Positions 21,216-31,993 of a stretch of 64,000 bases of DNA are shown here, one piece after another; position 1 is the first letter of the stretch, and every line of letters begins with the position of its first letter. The notes under the pieces were generated by a model. It was not told the origin of the DNA. It did no database searches and worked only from the letters and a program-made list of their open reading frames with translations. This DNA is from an uncultured Phycisphaerales bacterium (GTDB taxonomy: Bacteria > Planctomycetota > Phycisphaerae > Sedimentisphaerales > Anaerobacaceae), in the NCBI GenBank assembly GCA_963772725.1, contig CAVYYI010000002.1:32001-96000 (forward strand), given 5' to 3'. The translations under genes were made by a program, and so were the position numbers.

Positions 21216-22782
21216 CTACTTGCTGATATCCTTTTGGAGTTTGTATTCGACGCTGTCAACGAGGGCCTGCCAGCTTGCTTCGATTACGTTTTCAGAGACG
21301 CCGACCGTTCCCCAGATTGCATTTTTGTCGCGCGATTCGATTATAACACGAACTCTCGCGGCGGTTCCGGCGCGGGCATTTACGACCCTGACCTTGTAAT
21401 CAAACAGATGAACATCTTTAATAGCAGGATAGAACTTCTCGAGAGCCTTACGCAAAGCAGCATCAAGAGCATTCACAGGACCATCTCCCTCGCCAACAAC
21501 ATGTTCGGTCTTGTCACCGACTTTGAGTTTAACAGTTGCTTCGGTGGTGGACCCGTTTTCAGCACGACGTTCAGCGGTAACGTGATACTTAATCAGCTCG
21601 AACGCCGGTTTGTAAGTACCCATTATTTTTTTCACAAGCAGGTCGAAACTGGCATCGGCGGCCTCAAACTGATAGCCTTCATTTTCAAGCTGCTGAACAC
21701 GCGAAAGTATCTGACCAGCCAATTTCTTATCCTTGCTCGCCTCGGTCTTTTCGAGTTTCGCAAGAATGTTGCTGCGTCCGCTGAGTTCTGATATAAGAAA
21801 ACGGCGTTCATTGCCAACGGTAACGGGGTCGATATGCTCATAAGCCAGTTTATTTTTCCGGAGGGCGTCCACATGCAGTCCTGCCTTGTGCGCAAAGGCG
21901 CTTTCACCGACATACGGCATGTTCATAATCGGGGCCATGTTCGAAATCTCAAAAACATAACGCGATACTTCCGTGAGAGTCTTAATTTTCTCCCGGCTAA
22001 GCGTTTCAAAGCTGGTCTTAAAGGCAAGGTTGGGAATTACGGCGACACAAATTAGCGTTGCCGCACCGCTCACCAAGTCCGTTGATAGTGCCTTGGACTT
22101 GTCTCGCACCGGCACGAACAGCCGCCAGACAATTCGCTGTCGCGCAATCCGTATCATTATGGGTATGAATCCCGACAACAACTCCGCCGAATTCCTTACA
22201 AACTGTGGAAGTGATTTCATAGATTTCATTTGGCAAAGAACCGCCGTTAGTATCGCAGAGAACCAGCGCATCTGCGCCAGCCTGTGCCGCTGCCGAGAGA
22301 ACCTTCATCGCGTATTCCGGATTACGCTTGTAACCATCGTAAAAATGTTCCGCGTCGAAAACCGTTTCGTGGCCGTGCTTTTTCATGTGTTGCACCGACT
22401 CGGCGCAAATTTTCAGGTTCTCATCCAAAGAACAGCCCAGCACGTCTTTGACATGCAGATCCCAGGTTTTGCCGACCAATGTAGCAACAGGCACTTTGCA
22501 GGCGAGAATCGCATTGAGCGAGACATCATCGGAAACAGTGGCGTCGGCCCTGCGGGTGTTGCCGAACGCAGCGATTTTCGAGTTTTTCAGCTTGAGCTTT
22601 GCCGCCTCCTGAAAAAACTGCTGTTCCTTGGGATTCGAGGCGGCGTATCCCCCTTCTATATAATCCAGGCCAAGCTGGTCGATACATTTGGCAATCGAGA
22701 GCTTATCCTCGAGCGAAAAACTGATTCCTTCAGCCTGCATACCATCACGTAGGGTCGTGTCATAAAGCTTTATTTTTCCCAT
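21216..22782 (-). CDS. cimA: Citramalate synthase (frameshift near 22050)
   Basis: YDTTLRDGMQAEG, FDAEHFYDG, LCDTNGG, HTHND, GERCGNANL; C-terminal AHKAGLH, GDGPVNALD and WGTVGVSENVIEASW. Confidence 0.92.
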
Positions 22783-23111
22783 AGTTATAATGATTTATAT
22801 CGATTTTCAATAATAAACCCGTCATTTCAATTATTTCAAAATTATAAACAAAGGTTTATTCTACCCTTACAAACGATTATGTAAAGGACAAAATCTGCAG
22901 ATATACTACTGGACTTTATGATTAAAATAACGCATACACTCCATTTAGTGTGTCGGATAGCAAAATAGTGCAAAAATTAGACTTTAGACTTGTATTTTTG
23001 TGGTCGATTATTTGGGATAATTAAGAAAGAAGTAAGAAGTTAGAAACCAGAATATAGTGTGAAAAAAATAAGATTATCCTGTTATCCTGTCAAAACAAAT
23101 TAAGGAGTGCT

Positions 23112-24881
23112 ATGAAACTTGACCCGACAAAAATGAAGGACTGGCAAATAGCTGAGGCGGCGGAGGAATCGGCCAAACCGCTGAATCTGTTAGCGAAGGA
23201 ATTAGGTCTCGCTGAGGATGAACTGCTGCCAATGGGCAGGCAATTAGCCAAGATTGATTATGCAAAGGCAATGGCTCGTTTGTTAAAGCAGACGGACCCG
23301 CCCGCAAAATATATAGATGTTACAGCCATAACGCCTACGCCGCTGGGTGAGGGCAAGACAACGACGGTAATCGGCCTAATCGAGGGGCTCGGCAAGCTCG
23401 GCAAACGCGTAACGGGAGCGATTAGACAGCCCAGCGGCGGACCCACGTTCAATATCAAAGGCTCGGCAGCAGGCGGCGGGCTGGCGCAGTGTATTCCGCT
23501 TGTGCCGCTTTCCATTCGTTTCACCGGCGACATCGAAAGTATTACAAACGCACATAATCTCGCGATGGTTGCACTAACAGCGCGTATGCAGCACGAGAGA
23601 AATTATGACGATGAGCGGCTGGCCAAAAGCAATCTGCGACGGCTGAACATAGATCCTGACCGCGTGCAGGTAAAATGGGCGATTGATTTCTGCGCACAGG
23701 CTCTTAGAAATATAAGTATCGGCAAAGGCGGCAACATGGACGGTTATCGATATGGAATCGGGGTTTGCGATGTCAGTTTCGAGCGAACTTATGGCGATAT
23801 TGGCGGTATCGAACGACCTTGGCGATATGCGGCAGCGGATAGCAAAAATGGTTCTCGCATACGACAAACAGGGAAATGAAGTTACCACGGCAGACCTCGA
23901 GGTTGACGGGGCAATGGCGGCATGGATGGCACAGACGATAAACCCTAACCTTGTGCAAACGATTGAGGGACAACCTGTATTTGTTCACGCTGGGCCGTTC
24001 GCTAATATCGCGATAGGACAAAGCTCCATCATCGCGGATAAACTGGCGTCGAAGCTATCCGAATATCATATAACAGAAAGCGGTTTTGCATCAGATATCG
24101 GCTACGAAAAATTCTGGAACCTGAAATGCCGAATGTCTGGCCTGAAACCCGATGCTGTGGTAATTGTCGCGACAATCCGCGCCTTGAAAATGCACGGAGG
24201 AGGCCCGGCGGTTAAACCCGGGCGCCCCTGAGCGAGGAATACACAAAAGAACATCTTGACCTGCTCGAAAAAGGCTGCGAAAATCTCGTCGCTCATATTG
24301 AAATCGTCAAAAAAAGCGGCGTCCATCCCGTGGTCTGCATCAATAGTTTTCACACCGATACAAAGGCGGAAATAGCCCTTGTTCGCAAAATCGCTGAGCA
24401 GAATGGCGCATCAGTCGCCCTGTCGGAACACTGGCTCAAAGGCGGCGATGGCGCGATTGAACTTGCGGAAAAAGTCATCGCGGCCTGTGAAGAAAAAAAT
24501 AATTTCAGGTTCCTATACGATTTGGATTTGCCGCTGAGGCAAAAAGTCGAATTAATCGCCACGGAAATTTACGGGGCTAAAGGCGTTACTTATACACCTA
24601 AAGCCCTTAGAAAAGCAAAGACTTATGAAGAAAACGGTGAGGCGAAGGGTTTCGGGATATGTATGGCCAAAACGCAGTTGAGCCTTTCGCACGACCCGAA
24701 TCTTAAGGGGCGGCCCAAAAACTGGGTACTTCCCATACAGGACTTTATGGTGTATAAAGGGGCAGGTTTTATCGTTCCGGTGGCGGGCGATATTACTTTG
24801 ATGCCCGGCACAGCGTCGAATCCGGCATTCAGGAAGATTGATATTGACGTCAACACCGGAAAAGTAACAGGAATGTTTTAA
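23112..24881 (+). CDS. fhs: Formate--tetrahydrofolate ligase (frameshifts near 23750 and 24230)
   Basis: [58 protein letters not shown] and MPG motifs across three frames. Confidence 0.93.
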
Positions 24882-24901
24882 CTCAAACTATGGAGTAAAC
24901 A

Positions 24902-25783
24902 ATGGCGGCAAGGATTATCGATGGGAAGCAAATCGCGTCGGATATACGCGAAGAGCTTAAAGCTGAGGTGACCAGGTTAAAGGGAAAAGGGGTTGTACCA
25001 GGGCTTGGTGTTGTTCTCGTAGGCGAAGACCCAGCTTCTCAATCGTATGTTACCGCCAAAGAACGGGCCTGTCATGAGATTGGTATTTACTCGGATGATA
25101 ACCGGCTGCCAGCAGAAACTACGCAGAAAGAGCTTATCAGCTTAATCAATAAAATGAATGCCGACCCAAAGATTAACGGCATACTTATGCAGCTGCCTTT
25201 GCCGAAACACCTCAACGAATCGGAAGTGCTGCTAACTATCAGCCCAGACAAGGATGTAGATGGTTTCCACCCGATGAATATCGGCAAGATGGTCGCTGGC
25301 GAAAAGGCGTTTCTGCCCTGCACACCACACGGTATCATTCAGCTTCTGCTGCGAAGCGGGGTAAAGATCGAAGGCTCACACGTTGTTGTCGTCGGGCGCA
25401 GCAATATCGTTGGCAAACCCATCGCGAATATGCTGATTCAAAAATCTCCTACCGGCAACGCCACCGTAACAATCTGTCACACAAAAACGAAGAACCTCTC
25501 TTCTTATACACTGCAGGCTGATATAATTATCGCCGCCGCCGGCAGACCAAACACTATTACCGCTGATATGGTCAAAAAAGACGCGGTTGTAATAGATGTC
25601 GGTGTGAACCGAATAGAAGATAAAACTAAAAAACAAGGTTTTCGTCTCATCGGCGATGTTGATTTTGAGGCGGTAAAAGAAAAGGCAAGCCTGATTACCC
25701 CGGTACCGGGCGGCGTGGGTCCTATGACGATAACAATGCTGCTTTACAACACTATTGAATCGGCGAAAAACACGCATTCATAA
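24902..25783 (+). CDS. folD: Methylenetetrahydrofolate dehydrogenase/cyclohydrolase
   Basis: QLPLP, KDVDGFHP, PCTPHG, GRSNIVGKP and TPVPGGVGPMT motifs. Confidence 0.97.
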   Translation: MAARIIDGKQIASDIREELKAEVTRLKGKGVVPGLGVVLVGEDPASQSYVTAKERACHEIGIYSDDNRLPAETTQKELISLINKMNADPKINGILMQLPLPKHLNESEVLLTISPDKDVDGFHPMNIGKMVAGEKAFLPCTPHGIIQLLLRSGVKIEGSHVVVVGRSNIVGKPIANMLIQKSPTGNATVTICHTKTKNLSSYTLQADIIIAAAGRPNTITADMVKKDAVVIDVGVNRIEDKTKKQGFRLIGDVDFEAVKEKASLITPVPGGVGPMTITMLLYNTIESAKNTHS

Positions 25784-25836
25784 AATCGGCGTAGGCGGGG
25801 GATAGATTTACATTCCTTGGGGTTTATTATAAAATA

Positions 25837-25865
25837 TTGACTTTATTTCTTTGTAAGTGTATTAT
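25837..25865 (+). promoter_or_regulatory. Sigma70-type promoter of the WXG100-FtsK operon
   Basis: TTGACT-N17-TATTAT about 55 bp upstream of the first ATG. Confidence 0.5.
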
Positions 25866-25919
25866 TTACTGTGTGTTATATAATACTTTTACAGACAACT
25901 TTATTTCTTCCGAAAAATT

Positions 25920-26192
25920 ATGGCAAAAGCTAATGTTGACCCTGAAGAGCTGAGAAGATTCGCCAAGGAACTGAATCATTTCAATACGGAAGTTGAATCC
26001 CTGGTTGGCAGAGTGCGCTCAAGATTGCGCCAGCTTGAGCAGAACTGGGACGACCAGGAACAGCAGAAATTTACAGCGGAGTTCGATATGTCGATAAAGA
26101 CATTGAGCCGTTTTTTGGAATTGTCCAAGCAATATGTTCCTTTTCTGGTTCAAAAGGCCAAACATATTGAGGATTATCTTGGTAAACATTAG
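25920..26192 (+). CDS. WXG100/ESAT-6-like protein (W-x-D variant)
   Basis: 90 aa, predicted helical hairpin, N-terminal VDPEELRRFA and central NWDDQEQQKF. Confidence 0.8.
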   Translation: MAKANVDPEELRRFAKELNHFNTEVESLVGRVRSRLRQLEQNWDDQEQQKFTAEFDMSIKTLSRFLELSKQYVPFLVQKAKHIEDYLGKH

Positions 26193-26200
26193 GTACCGCA

Positions 26201-27250
26201 ATGAGCAGCCCGGCAAGAATTGACTCTATTGAGGCGTTAAAAAATCTGCGAACATTTATCTGCAATATCGCAAGGAAAATTTCTACCGCGATTGATGACG
26301 CAGATTTTGAAATTTCACATACGCTCGACTGGCTCAAACATGACAGGTACCCCTACTGGAAAAACGAGATTAGAATTCGCAACGACCAGCTTGTGCGGGC
26401 CAAACTTGAACTGAAACGAAAACAGATACTCGAAAGCGCGATGGGCGGGGGACATTATTACACCGATGAGATGAAGGCGGTAGCTGTCGCACAGAGACGT
26501 TTTGACGAGGCAGAAGATAAATTAAAAAAAGTCAGCCGATGGATACCTGAACTGGAAAAAGAAAGTCATAATTGCCACGCTGCGATGCAGAGCCTGTCAA
26601 ATTTCGTTCATATAGACATACCCAATAAAAGGGCGGAAATTGATGAGATGATATATGCGCTGGAGGCTTATATAAATGTAACATCGCCTTCCACGGCGGC
26701 GGATGCATCTATCCTGCAAAACATCGGTGATGAAATATCGGTTTCTATTATTCCAACGGATAATATACCGCCGACACCGGCTGATATGGAGCGGCTTTGC
26801 AGAGAGCTTCGACTAAAAAATCCGCTGAAAGATTTGACATCGACTCTGCCAATCGCAAAATTATCGCTTAATAAATTTAAGCACCTCTCAGTCAGCAATG
26901 AAATTATGGAAATAATCAAGAAGAATAAAAAAGATACATCTTCATTTTCGGACAATGACAAAGTGGCGTTTGACCGCTCTGTTGAAAACAGCGATTTTAT
27001 TTACCTTGAAAATTTAACAGTCCCTGCGGATATGAAAATTAAATTGTATATCGGTACGGCTAAGCGGACAGGCCATGCCGACTGCTGCGTTTGCAAAATA
27101 TCGGACTTTTTGATAAGTAATCCATCTCATAGGGACATTCTGTCGCTGCCGAACGGATGGTTAGTTATTCTCAAAAATAACGTTGTGGCAGCGGTCTTTA
27201 ATGCCGATAATAAATTGGCTGGCGGTATGCAGCCAGAGGAAAAAGTGTAG
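26201..27250 (+). CDS. Helical WXG-locus protein with an extra C-terminal globular domain
   Basis: About 160-aa coiled-coil N-terminus, Pro/Thr-rich linker, and C-terminal NPSHRDILSLPNGWLV. Confidence 0.6.
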   Translation: MSSPARIDSIEALKNLRTFICNIARKISTAIDDADFEISHTLDWLKHDRYPYWKNEIRIRNDQLVRAKLELKRKQILESAMGGGHYYTDEMKAVAVAQRRFDEAEDKLKKVSRWIPELEKESHNCHAAMQSLSNFVHIDIPNKRAEIDEMIYALEAYINVTSPSTAADASILQNIGDEISVSIIPTDNIPPTPADMERLCRELRLKNPLKDLTSTLPIAKLSLNKFKHLSVSNEIMEIIKKNKKDTSSFSDNDKVAFDRSVENSDFIYLENLTVPADMKIKLYIGTAKRTGHADCCVCKISDFLISNPSHRDILSLPNGWLVILKNNVVAAVFNADNKLAGGMQPEEKV

Positions 27251-27292
27251 ATATTAAAGTGTATTAGAAAAAATATCGCGGTGAGATAATAT

Positions 27293-27508
27293 ATGGGTGT
27301 TCATGAAAGTTGTGCGAAGATAAAACAGTCTATCGAAGACATGAATATTGTCTGGTCACAAACCAAAGAAGTCTGGAAGGATGAAAAGAGCAGGCAATTT
27401 GAAAATGAGTTTGTTGAGCGGCTGTCCGCTGAAATCAAAAAGGCGGAATCTTCACTTGATAATATATCTCCCCTGCTTAATCGCATTCAGAGTGAATTAA
27501 AGGAATAA
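27293..27508 (+). CDS. Second short WXG100-like protein
   Basis: 71 aa, helical, central VWKDEKSRQFENEF parallels NWDDQEQQKFTAEF of the first. Confidence 0.65.
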   Translation: MGVHESCAKIKQSIEDMNIVWSQTKEVWKDEKSRQFENEFVERLSAEIKKAESSLDNISPLLNRIQSELKE

Positions 27509-30500
27509 ATGGATTTACTGGAAAACTATCTTAAACAGGAGCAATTGAGGCCTGACTACGATTATTTCGACTTGGAAGAGGCCGCGCTGCGCAATGTAAT
27601 TAAACTTTCCTCACAGAGCGTTGAGCCGATAGTAAGCCTGATTGAATCCGAATATCGCACGGCAAAAGAGACGGCTGAGGCTTTATACGAGAGCATCAAA
27701 AAGGAACTCGATAATAATTACAACTCAAGGGTTTATCAGCTTTCGCAAACCGCACATGAGCAGATTGAAAAAATCCAGAAAGGGTATAACGTCCAAAAGA
27801 ACATACTTATAAAACAAACCAAAGGCGAAAAGGAAAAAAGCGCGGACGATACGGAAATCGAACTTGCCCACTTTAAGGAAAATTACGAATATGAAATAAT
27901 GACCGCTGACGTCGTTCACTGGGGAAGCTTAAAAAAATATCAAAATAAAATGGCGGAAATCAAGGAGTCTGTTTCCGCGGCAAAAAAGGAGCTTAATGAA
28001 CTGCGTAAAAACGCGGAACAAATCCTTTCCGATTACAATGTTACGATTGACAAGCCGACCAGTGTCAAAAGTACAGAGGCCCAAGCAAAACAGGACCTGA
28101 TGGAATCTTTTCAGCAGCAGAAGAAAAATGCCGAGCTTTATCTGCGCAAATTATCAAGATTGCTTTTGCCAAAATTATTTCTCGGCGTCAACCGTTATAT
28201 AATTGCCGCAGTAATCTGTATAATATTCAGTATTGTTATCTGGCAGATAAGCAGAAATATGGCGTGGAAACCTTTGGAGTTTATGTTAATATTATCAGGC
28301 GGGTTAATTATTTCGATTGTGCTTCTGATATTATCCGGAAAGTTTTTGCTTAAAAAAGGTCAGTCACAAATAAAACGTAATTTTCAGATTTTCATCCATT
28401 CCCTGGAGACGGCTGAGACCATCATCGACAAACACCTTCAGAATTCGATTGAAGAAATTGAGCGTAATATTTCACAGGCCAGGGAAATCTATCAAAACGA
28501 AAGAAATGCCGCCGATGAAAAAATTGAAAAGATAAAAGCCGCCTTAGACCTGAAAAACAGGCTGCTGATTAAAAACAAAAGTGAACAATTCGGCCGTACC
28601 TTCAGGGAGATGGAAGAACCCTTTAATAAACAGCTTTCTCAAATTGAGCAGCAGAAAGAGGATGGGCAAAAGGCATATAAAGCTGAATATGATGAGAAAT
28701 TAAGCGAGATTCAGAAAAATCTCACGCAAAGTACAGAGCAAATAGAAAACGAGCACAATTCCAACCGGCAGCGCCTAAAGGAATGCTGGCTTGAGAGGCT
28801 AAACATCATCAAAACGCTACTTGCTGAAACTAAAAAGCTTGACCAGTCATTATCGTACGATTGGCAAAATCCCGCATGGACACAATGGAAGCCGGGAAAC
28901 ACATATAACAGGATGATACGTTTTGGAAAAATCCAGGCTGATTTAAAACCTGTCGCGGCGCGGGTAAAAGAACTGATGGACAGCGAGCTTAAAGGCATTG
29001 AAACTGTTGCCCTGCCTGCGGTTTTGGCTTTTCCAAATCACTTTTCCCTTTTTATACAAACGCCGCACAAGATGAGAGATTCGGCAGTCAATATCGTCAA
29101 AACCGCGATGGCCAGGCTGTTCACCTCAGTGCCGCCGGGACAGATTCATTTTACAATCTTTGACCCTGTGGGACTGGGCAAAAATTTTGTCGGCTTCATG
29201 CACGCCGCCGATTATCAGAAATCGCTTGTCGGCGGTCGAATATGGACAGACAGCGAGCATATTCAGCAATGCCTTACCGAGCTTACGACTCACATGGAAA
29301 ACATTATCCAAAAATATTTGCGCAACGACTATAAAACCATAGAAGCGTATAACCAGCAGGCTGGCGAATTCGCAGAGCCGTACAGGTTTTTGGTAATCGC
29401 TGATTTTCCAGCAAACTTCAATGATGAGTCGATACGGCGGTTAAAGAGCATTATAAACAGCGGGCCAAGATGCGGCGTTTATACCTTTATAGTATGCGAT
29501 GAAGGTCAGAAACTGCCGCCGGATATTTCCGTTCAGGACCTTGCCTTAAACGGCGTCCACATAGTCTATCAAAAGAACGGTTTTGTATGCCAAAATGAGA
29601 TATTTAAAAAATTTCCGCTGGAGCTGGATTCTCCGCCTTCCGAAGAGCTTTTGACTGCTCTTGTGCGCAAGGTGGGTATCGCCAGCGTTGCCTTGTCGAA
29701 AGTCGAGGTTCCCTTTGAAACAATTACACCAACTGAAAACAGCTATTGGAGCCAGGAAAGCACCTTCGAGATTAAAGTGCCAATCGGATTGGCAGGGGCA
29801 AAACGGCAGCAATATATGCAGCTCGGAAGAGGCGTCAATCAGCACATGCTCATCGCGGGCAAAACCGGTTCAGGCAAATCGACCCTGTTTCATATTATCA
29901 TCAGCAACCTGGCGATGTGGTATTCGCCAGACGAAATTGAGTTTTACCTGATTGATTTTAAGCACGGAGTCGAATTTAAAACCTATGCCATACATAAACT
30001 TCCTCATGCGCGGGCGGTGGCGATTGAAAGCGACCGCGAATTCGGTCTGAGCATTTTACAGAGACTCGACGCGGAAATGACCATTCGCGGCGAAAAGTTC
30101 CGCCAGGCAAGAACGCAGGACATATCATCGTACAGGAAGACAACAAGCGAAAAAATGCCGCGGACAATTTTAATCATTGACGAATTTCACATCCTGTTCG
30201 CCGAGGATGATAGAATTGCGCACGAAGCGACAATGCTTCTTGAAAAGCTGGTTCGCCAGGGACGTGCTTTCGGCATTCATATAATACTCGGTTCGCAAAG
30301 CCTCGCAGGAACATCGGGCGTGTCGCGGAGCATAATGGGGCAAATGGCTGTTCGAATAGCCCTGCAATGTTCTGAAATGGATGCCCAAATTATTCTTAAT
30401 GAGGATAATGTCGCAGCAAGGCTTTTATCGCGTCCCGGTGAGGCGATATATAATGACGCCGGCGGGCTGGTCGTCGGCAATAATCCTTTTCAGGTCGCCT

Positions 30501-31441
30501 GGCTTGCCAAGGCAACGCAGGATGAATATCTTTCGAACATCTCTAAAATCAGCAAACAATTAACGCTGTCGTATGAGCCTATGATTGTATTCGAGGGAAA
30601 TGTTCCAGCGGATATATCAAACAATCTTCTGCTGGCAAACCTCATACAGAATCCGTTCAGCAACGATAATCCCGCCAAACAGCCGCCTTTGGCATGGCTT
30701 GGAGAACCCGTTATCATAAAGGCACCTACAGCTGTTATCCTGCCCCGACAAAATGGCGCGAACATTCTTATTGTTGGTCAGCAGGATTTCGCTATGTGCG
30801 GCGTTTTGAGTTCTGTTTTATTGAGCCTTTTGGCACAGCTTTCCCCAAAAGCAAGTAAGTTTACCATCATGGACGCAAGTTCCGCAGACTCCTCGATTCC
30901 TGGGAAATTAAAAAAGATTGACTCATTCTTCCCGCACAAATGCAGATTCGCACAGTTAAATCAAATTCCGGATATCGTATCAGAATTGGCTCTTGAGGTA
31001 CACAAACGCCTCGAGGACAGCAGTTATGACAGCAGCGGCACGCAATTTCTTTTCATTTCAGGCGTGCAGCGTTTGCGTATGCTTTACCGAAAAGAAGACG
31101 ACTGGAGCATCCATCAGGACGAAAAGAATATCAGTTCCGACAAACAGTTGGCGGAAATTCTCCGTGCTGGCCCTTCGGTGGGAATCCATACGATTATCGG
31201 GGTCGATACATTTAATACCATTGAACGGATTATAGACCGTCAGACTTTGCGCGAATTTAATAATCGTGTGCTGTTCCAGATGAGCACCGCGGATTCGAGC
31301 AACCTTGTTGACAACCCTATTGCCAATCAATTAGGCTTCCAGCGAGCATTATTTTATAACGAAGAACAGGGCATCCTTGAAAAATTTCGTTTCTACGCCC
31401 CTCCTGATGATGCCTGGCTAAAAAAGAATTTCCATGCTTAA
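27509..31441 (+). CDS. FtsK/SpoIIIE-family (EccC/EssC-like) membrane ATPase
   Basis: Coiled coil, two transmembrane helices, a second coiled coil, then tandem FtsK-like domains; HMLIAGKTGSGKS, LIDFKHGVEF, IIDEFH and GRAFGIHIILGSQ. Confidence 0.88.
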   Translation: MDLLENYLKQEQLRPDYDYFDLEEAALRNVIKLSSQSVEPIVSLIESEYRTAKETAEALYESIKKELDNNYNSRVYQLSQTAHEQIEKIQKGYNVQKNILIKQTKGEKEKSADDTEIELAHFKENYEYEIMTADVVHWGSLKKYQNKMAEIKESVSAAKKELNELRKNAEQILSDYNVTIDKPTSVKSTEAQAKQDLMESFQQQKKNAELYLRKLSRLLLPKLFLGVNRYIIAAVICIIFSIVIWQISRNMAWKPLEFMLILSGGLIISIVLLILSGKFLLKKGQSQIKRNFQIFIHSLETAETIIDKHLQNSIEEIERNISQAREIYQNERNAADEKIEKIKAALDLKNRLLIKNKSEQFGRTFREMEEPFNKQLSQIEQQKEDGQKAYKAEYDEKLSEIQKNLTQSTEQIENEHNSNRQRLKECWLERLNIIKTLLAETKKLDQSLSYDWQNPAWTQWKPGNTYNRMIRFGKIQADLKPVAARVKELMDSELKGIETVALPAVLAFPNHFSLFIQTPHKMRDSAVNIVKTAMARLFTSVPPGQIHFTIFDPVGLGKNFVGFMHAADYQKSLVGGRIWTDSEHIQQCLTELTTHMENIIQKYLRNDYKTIEAYNQQAGEFAEPYRFLVIADFPANFNDESIRRLKSIINSGPRCGVYTFIVCDEGQKLPPDISVQDLALNGVHIVYQKNGFVCQNEIFKKFPLELDSPPSEELLTALVRKVGIASVALSKVEVPFETITPTENSYWSQESTFEIKVPIGLAGAKRQQYMQLGRGVNQHMLIAGKTGSGKSTLFHIIISNLAMWYSPDEIEFYLIDFKHGVEFKTYAIHKLPHARAVAIESDREFGLSILQRLDAEMTIRGEKFRQARTQDISSYRKTTSEKMPRTILIIDEFHILFAEDDRIAHEATMLLEKLVRQGRAFGIHIILGSQSLAGTSGVSRSIMGQMAVRIALQCSEMDAQIILNEDNVAARLLSRPGEAIYNDAGGLVVGNNPFQVAWLAKATQDEYLSNISKISKQLTLSYEPMIVFEGNVPADISNNLLLANLIQNPFSNDNPAKQPPLAWLGEPVIIKAPTAVILPRQNGANILIVGQQDFAMCGVLSSVLLSLLAQLSPKASKFTIMDASSADSSIPGKLKKIDSFFPHKCRFAQLNQIPDIVSELALEVHKRLEDSSYDSSGTQFLFISGVQRLRMLYRKEDDWSIHQDEKNISSDKQLAEILRAGPSVGIHTIIGVDTFNTIERIIDRQTLREFNNRVLFQMSTADSSNLVDNPIANQLGFQRALFYNEEQGILEKFRFYAPPDDAWLKKNFHA

Positions 31442-31516
31442 GGCAACAGCGAAACTGCCAAAAGCATTGGAACTTGAACTGTTAAAGAAAAAAAATAAAA
31501 AAGGTAAGGTGAAATT

Positions 31517-31843
31517 ATGGCAAATATAACTAAAAGAAAGCTTTTTAAAAATTCCATACTTTGCACTATCTCTTTACTAATACTATATCTTACATTTATG
31601 ATTGGAAGATATTCTTGGTTAATTGAGAAACCCTCCTACTTGTTCAGTCCAAGAGAAAAGTTTTGGATAAGCAAAGCAAGAGAATTTGTGAAAGAGGATG
31701 GTTTTAGCGAAAATAAACTTAAAAAACCAAGTATGATATATGCTGTTATAGTAAATTTTAAAAATGAAACTGGTGAAAATACTGTAACAGTAACACTTGA
31801 GAAAACAAGCGGCGAACTATTAAGTTTTTCGGGAAACCAATAG
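31517..31843 (+). CDS. Small AT-rich membrane-anchored hypothetical protein
   Basis: AAGGT RBS, N-terminal transmembrane helix, C-terminal VTVTLEKTSGELL beta-hairpin. Confidence 0.55.
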   Translation: MANITKRKLFKNSILCTISLLILYLTFMIGRYSWLIEKPSYLFSPREKFWISKAREFVKEDGFSENKLKKPSMIYAVIVNFKNETGENTVTVTLEKTSGELLSFSGNQ

Positions 31844-31910
31844 TAATAATTAAATAAAAAAGCAAGGGGGGTTTCAAACTCAGCCTAAAACACCACAGTA
31901 AAATACTGTA

Positions 31911-31985
31911 CGGAGCAGGAGGGATTCGAACCCCCGGTACCAGCAGACACACGGTTTTCAAGACTGTCGCATTCAGCCGCTCTGC
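31911..31985 (-). pseudogene. Degenerate tRNA-Ser(TGA) lacking the 5' acceptor strand
   Basis: The reverse complement reads GCAGAGCGGCTGAATGCG-ACAGT-CTTGAAA-ACCGT-variable arm-GGGGGTTCGAATCCCTC-CTGCTCCG. The upstream bases do not pair with CTGCTCC and the anticodon stem has a mismatch. Confidence 0.75.
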
Positions 31986-31993
31986 AATTTGAG

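Noticed and set aside
21973..22752. Long antisense ORFs (also 37888-38619, 40877-41437, 60408-61070 and others)
   Set aside because: They are shadows of well-supported genes on the opposite strand and carry no recognisable motifs.
22783..23111. ZTP or THF riboswitch upstream of fhs-folD
   Set aside because: The region is AT-rich and I could not find the conserved stems or motifs.
7437..24881. Programmed frameshifting in glnN, cimA or fhs
   Set aside because: No consistent slippery motif; multiple scattered indels are better explained by sequencing error.
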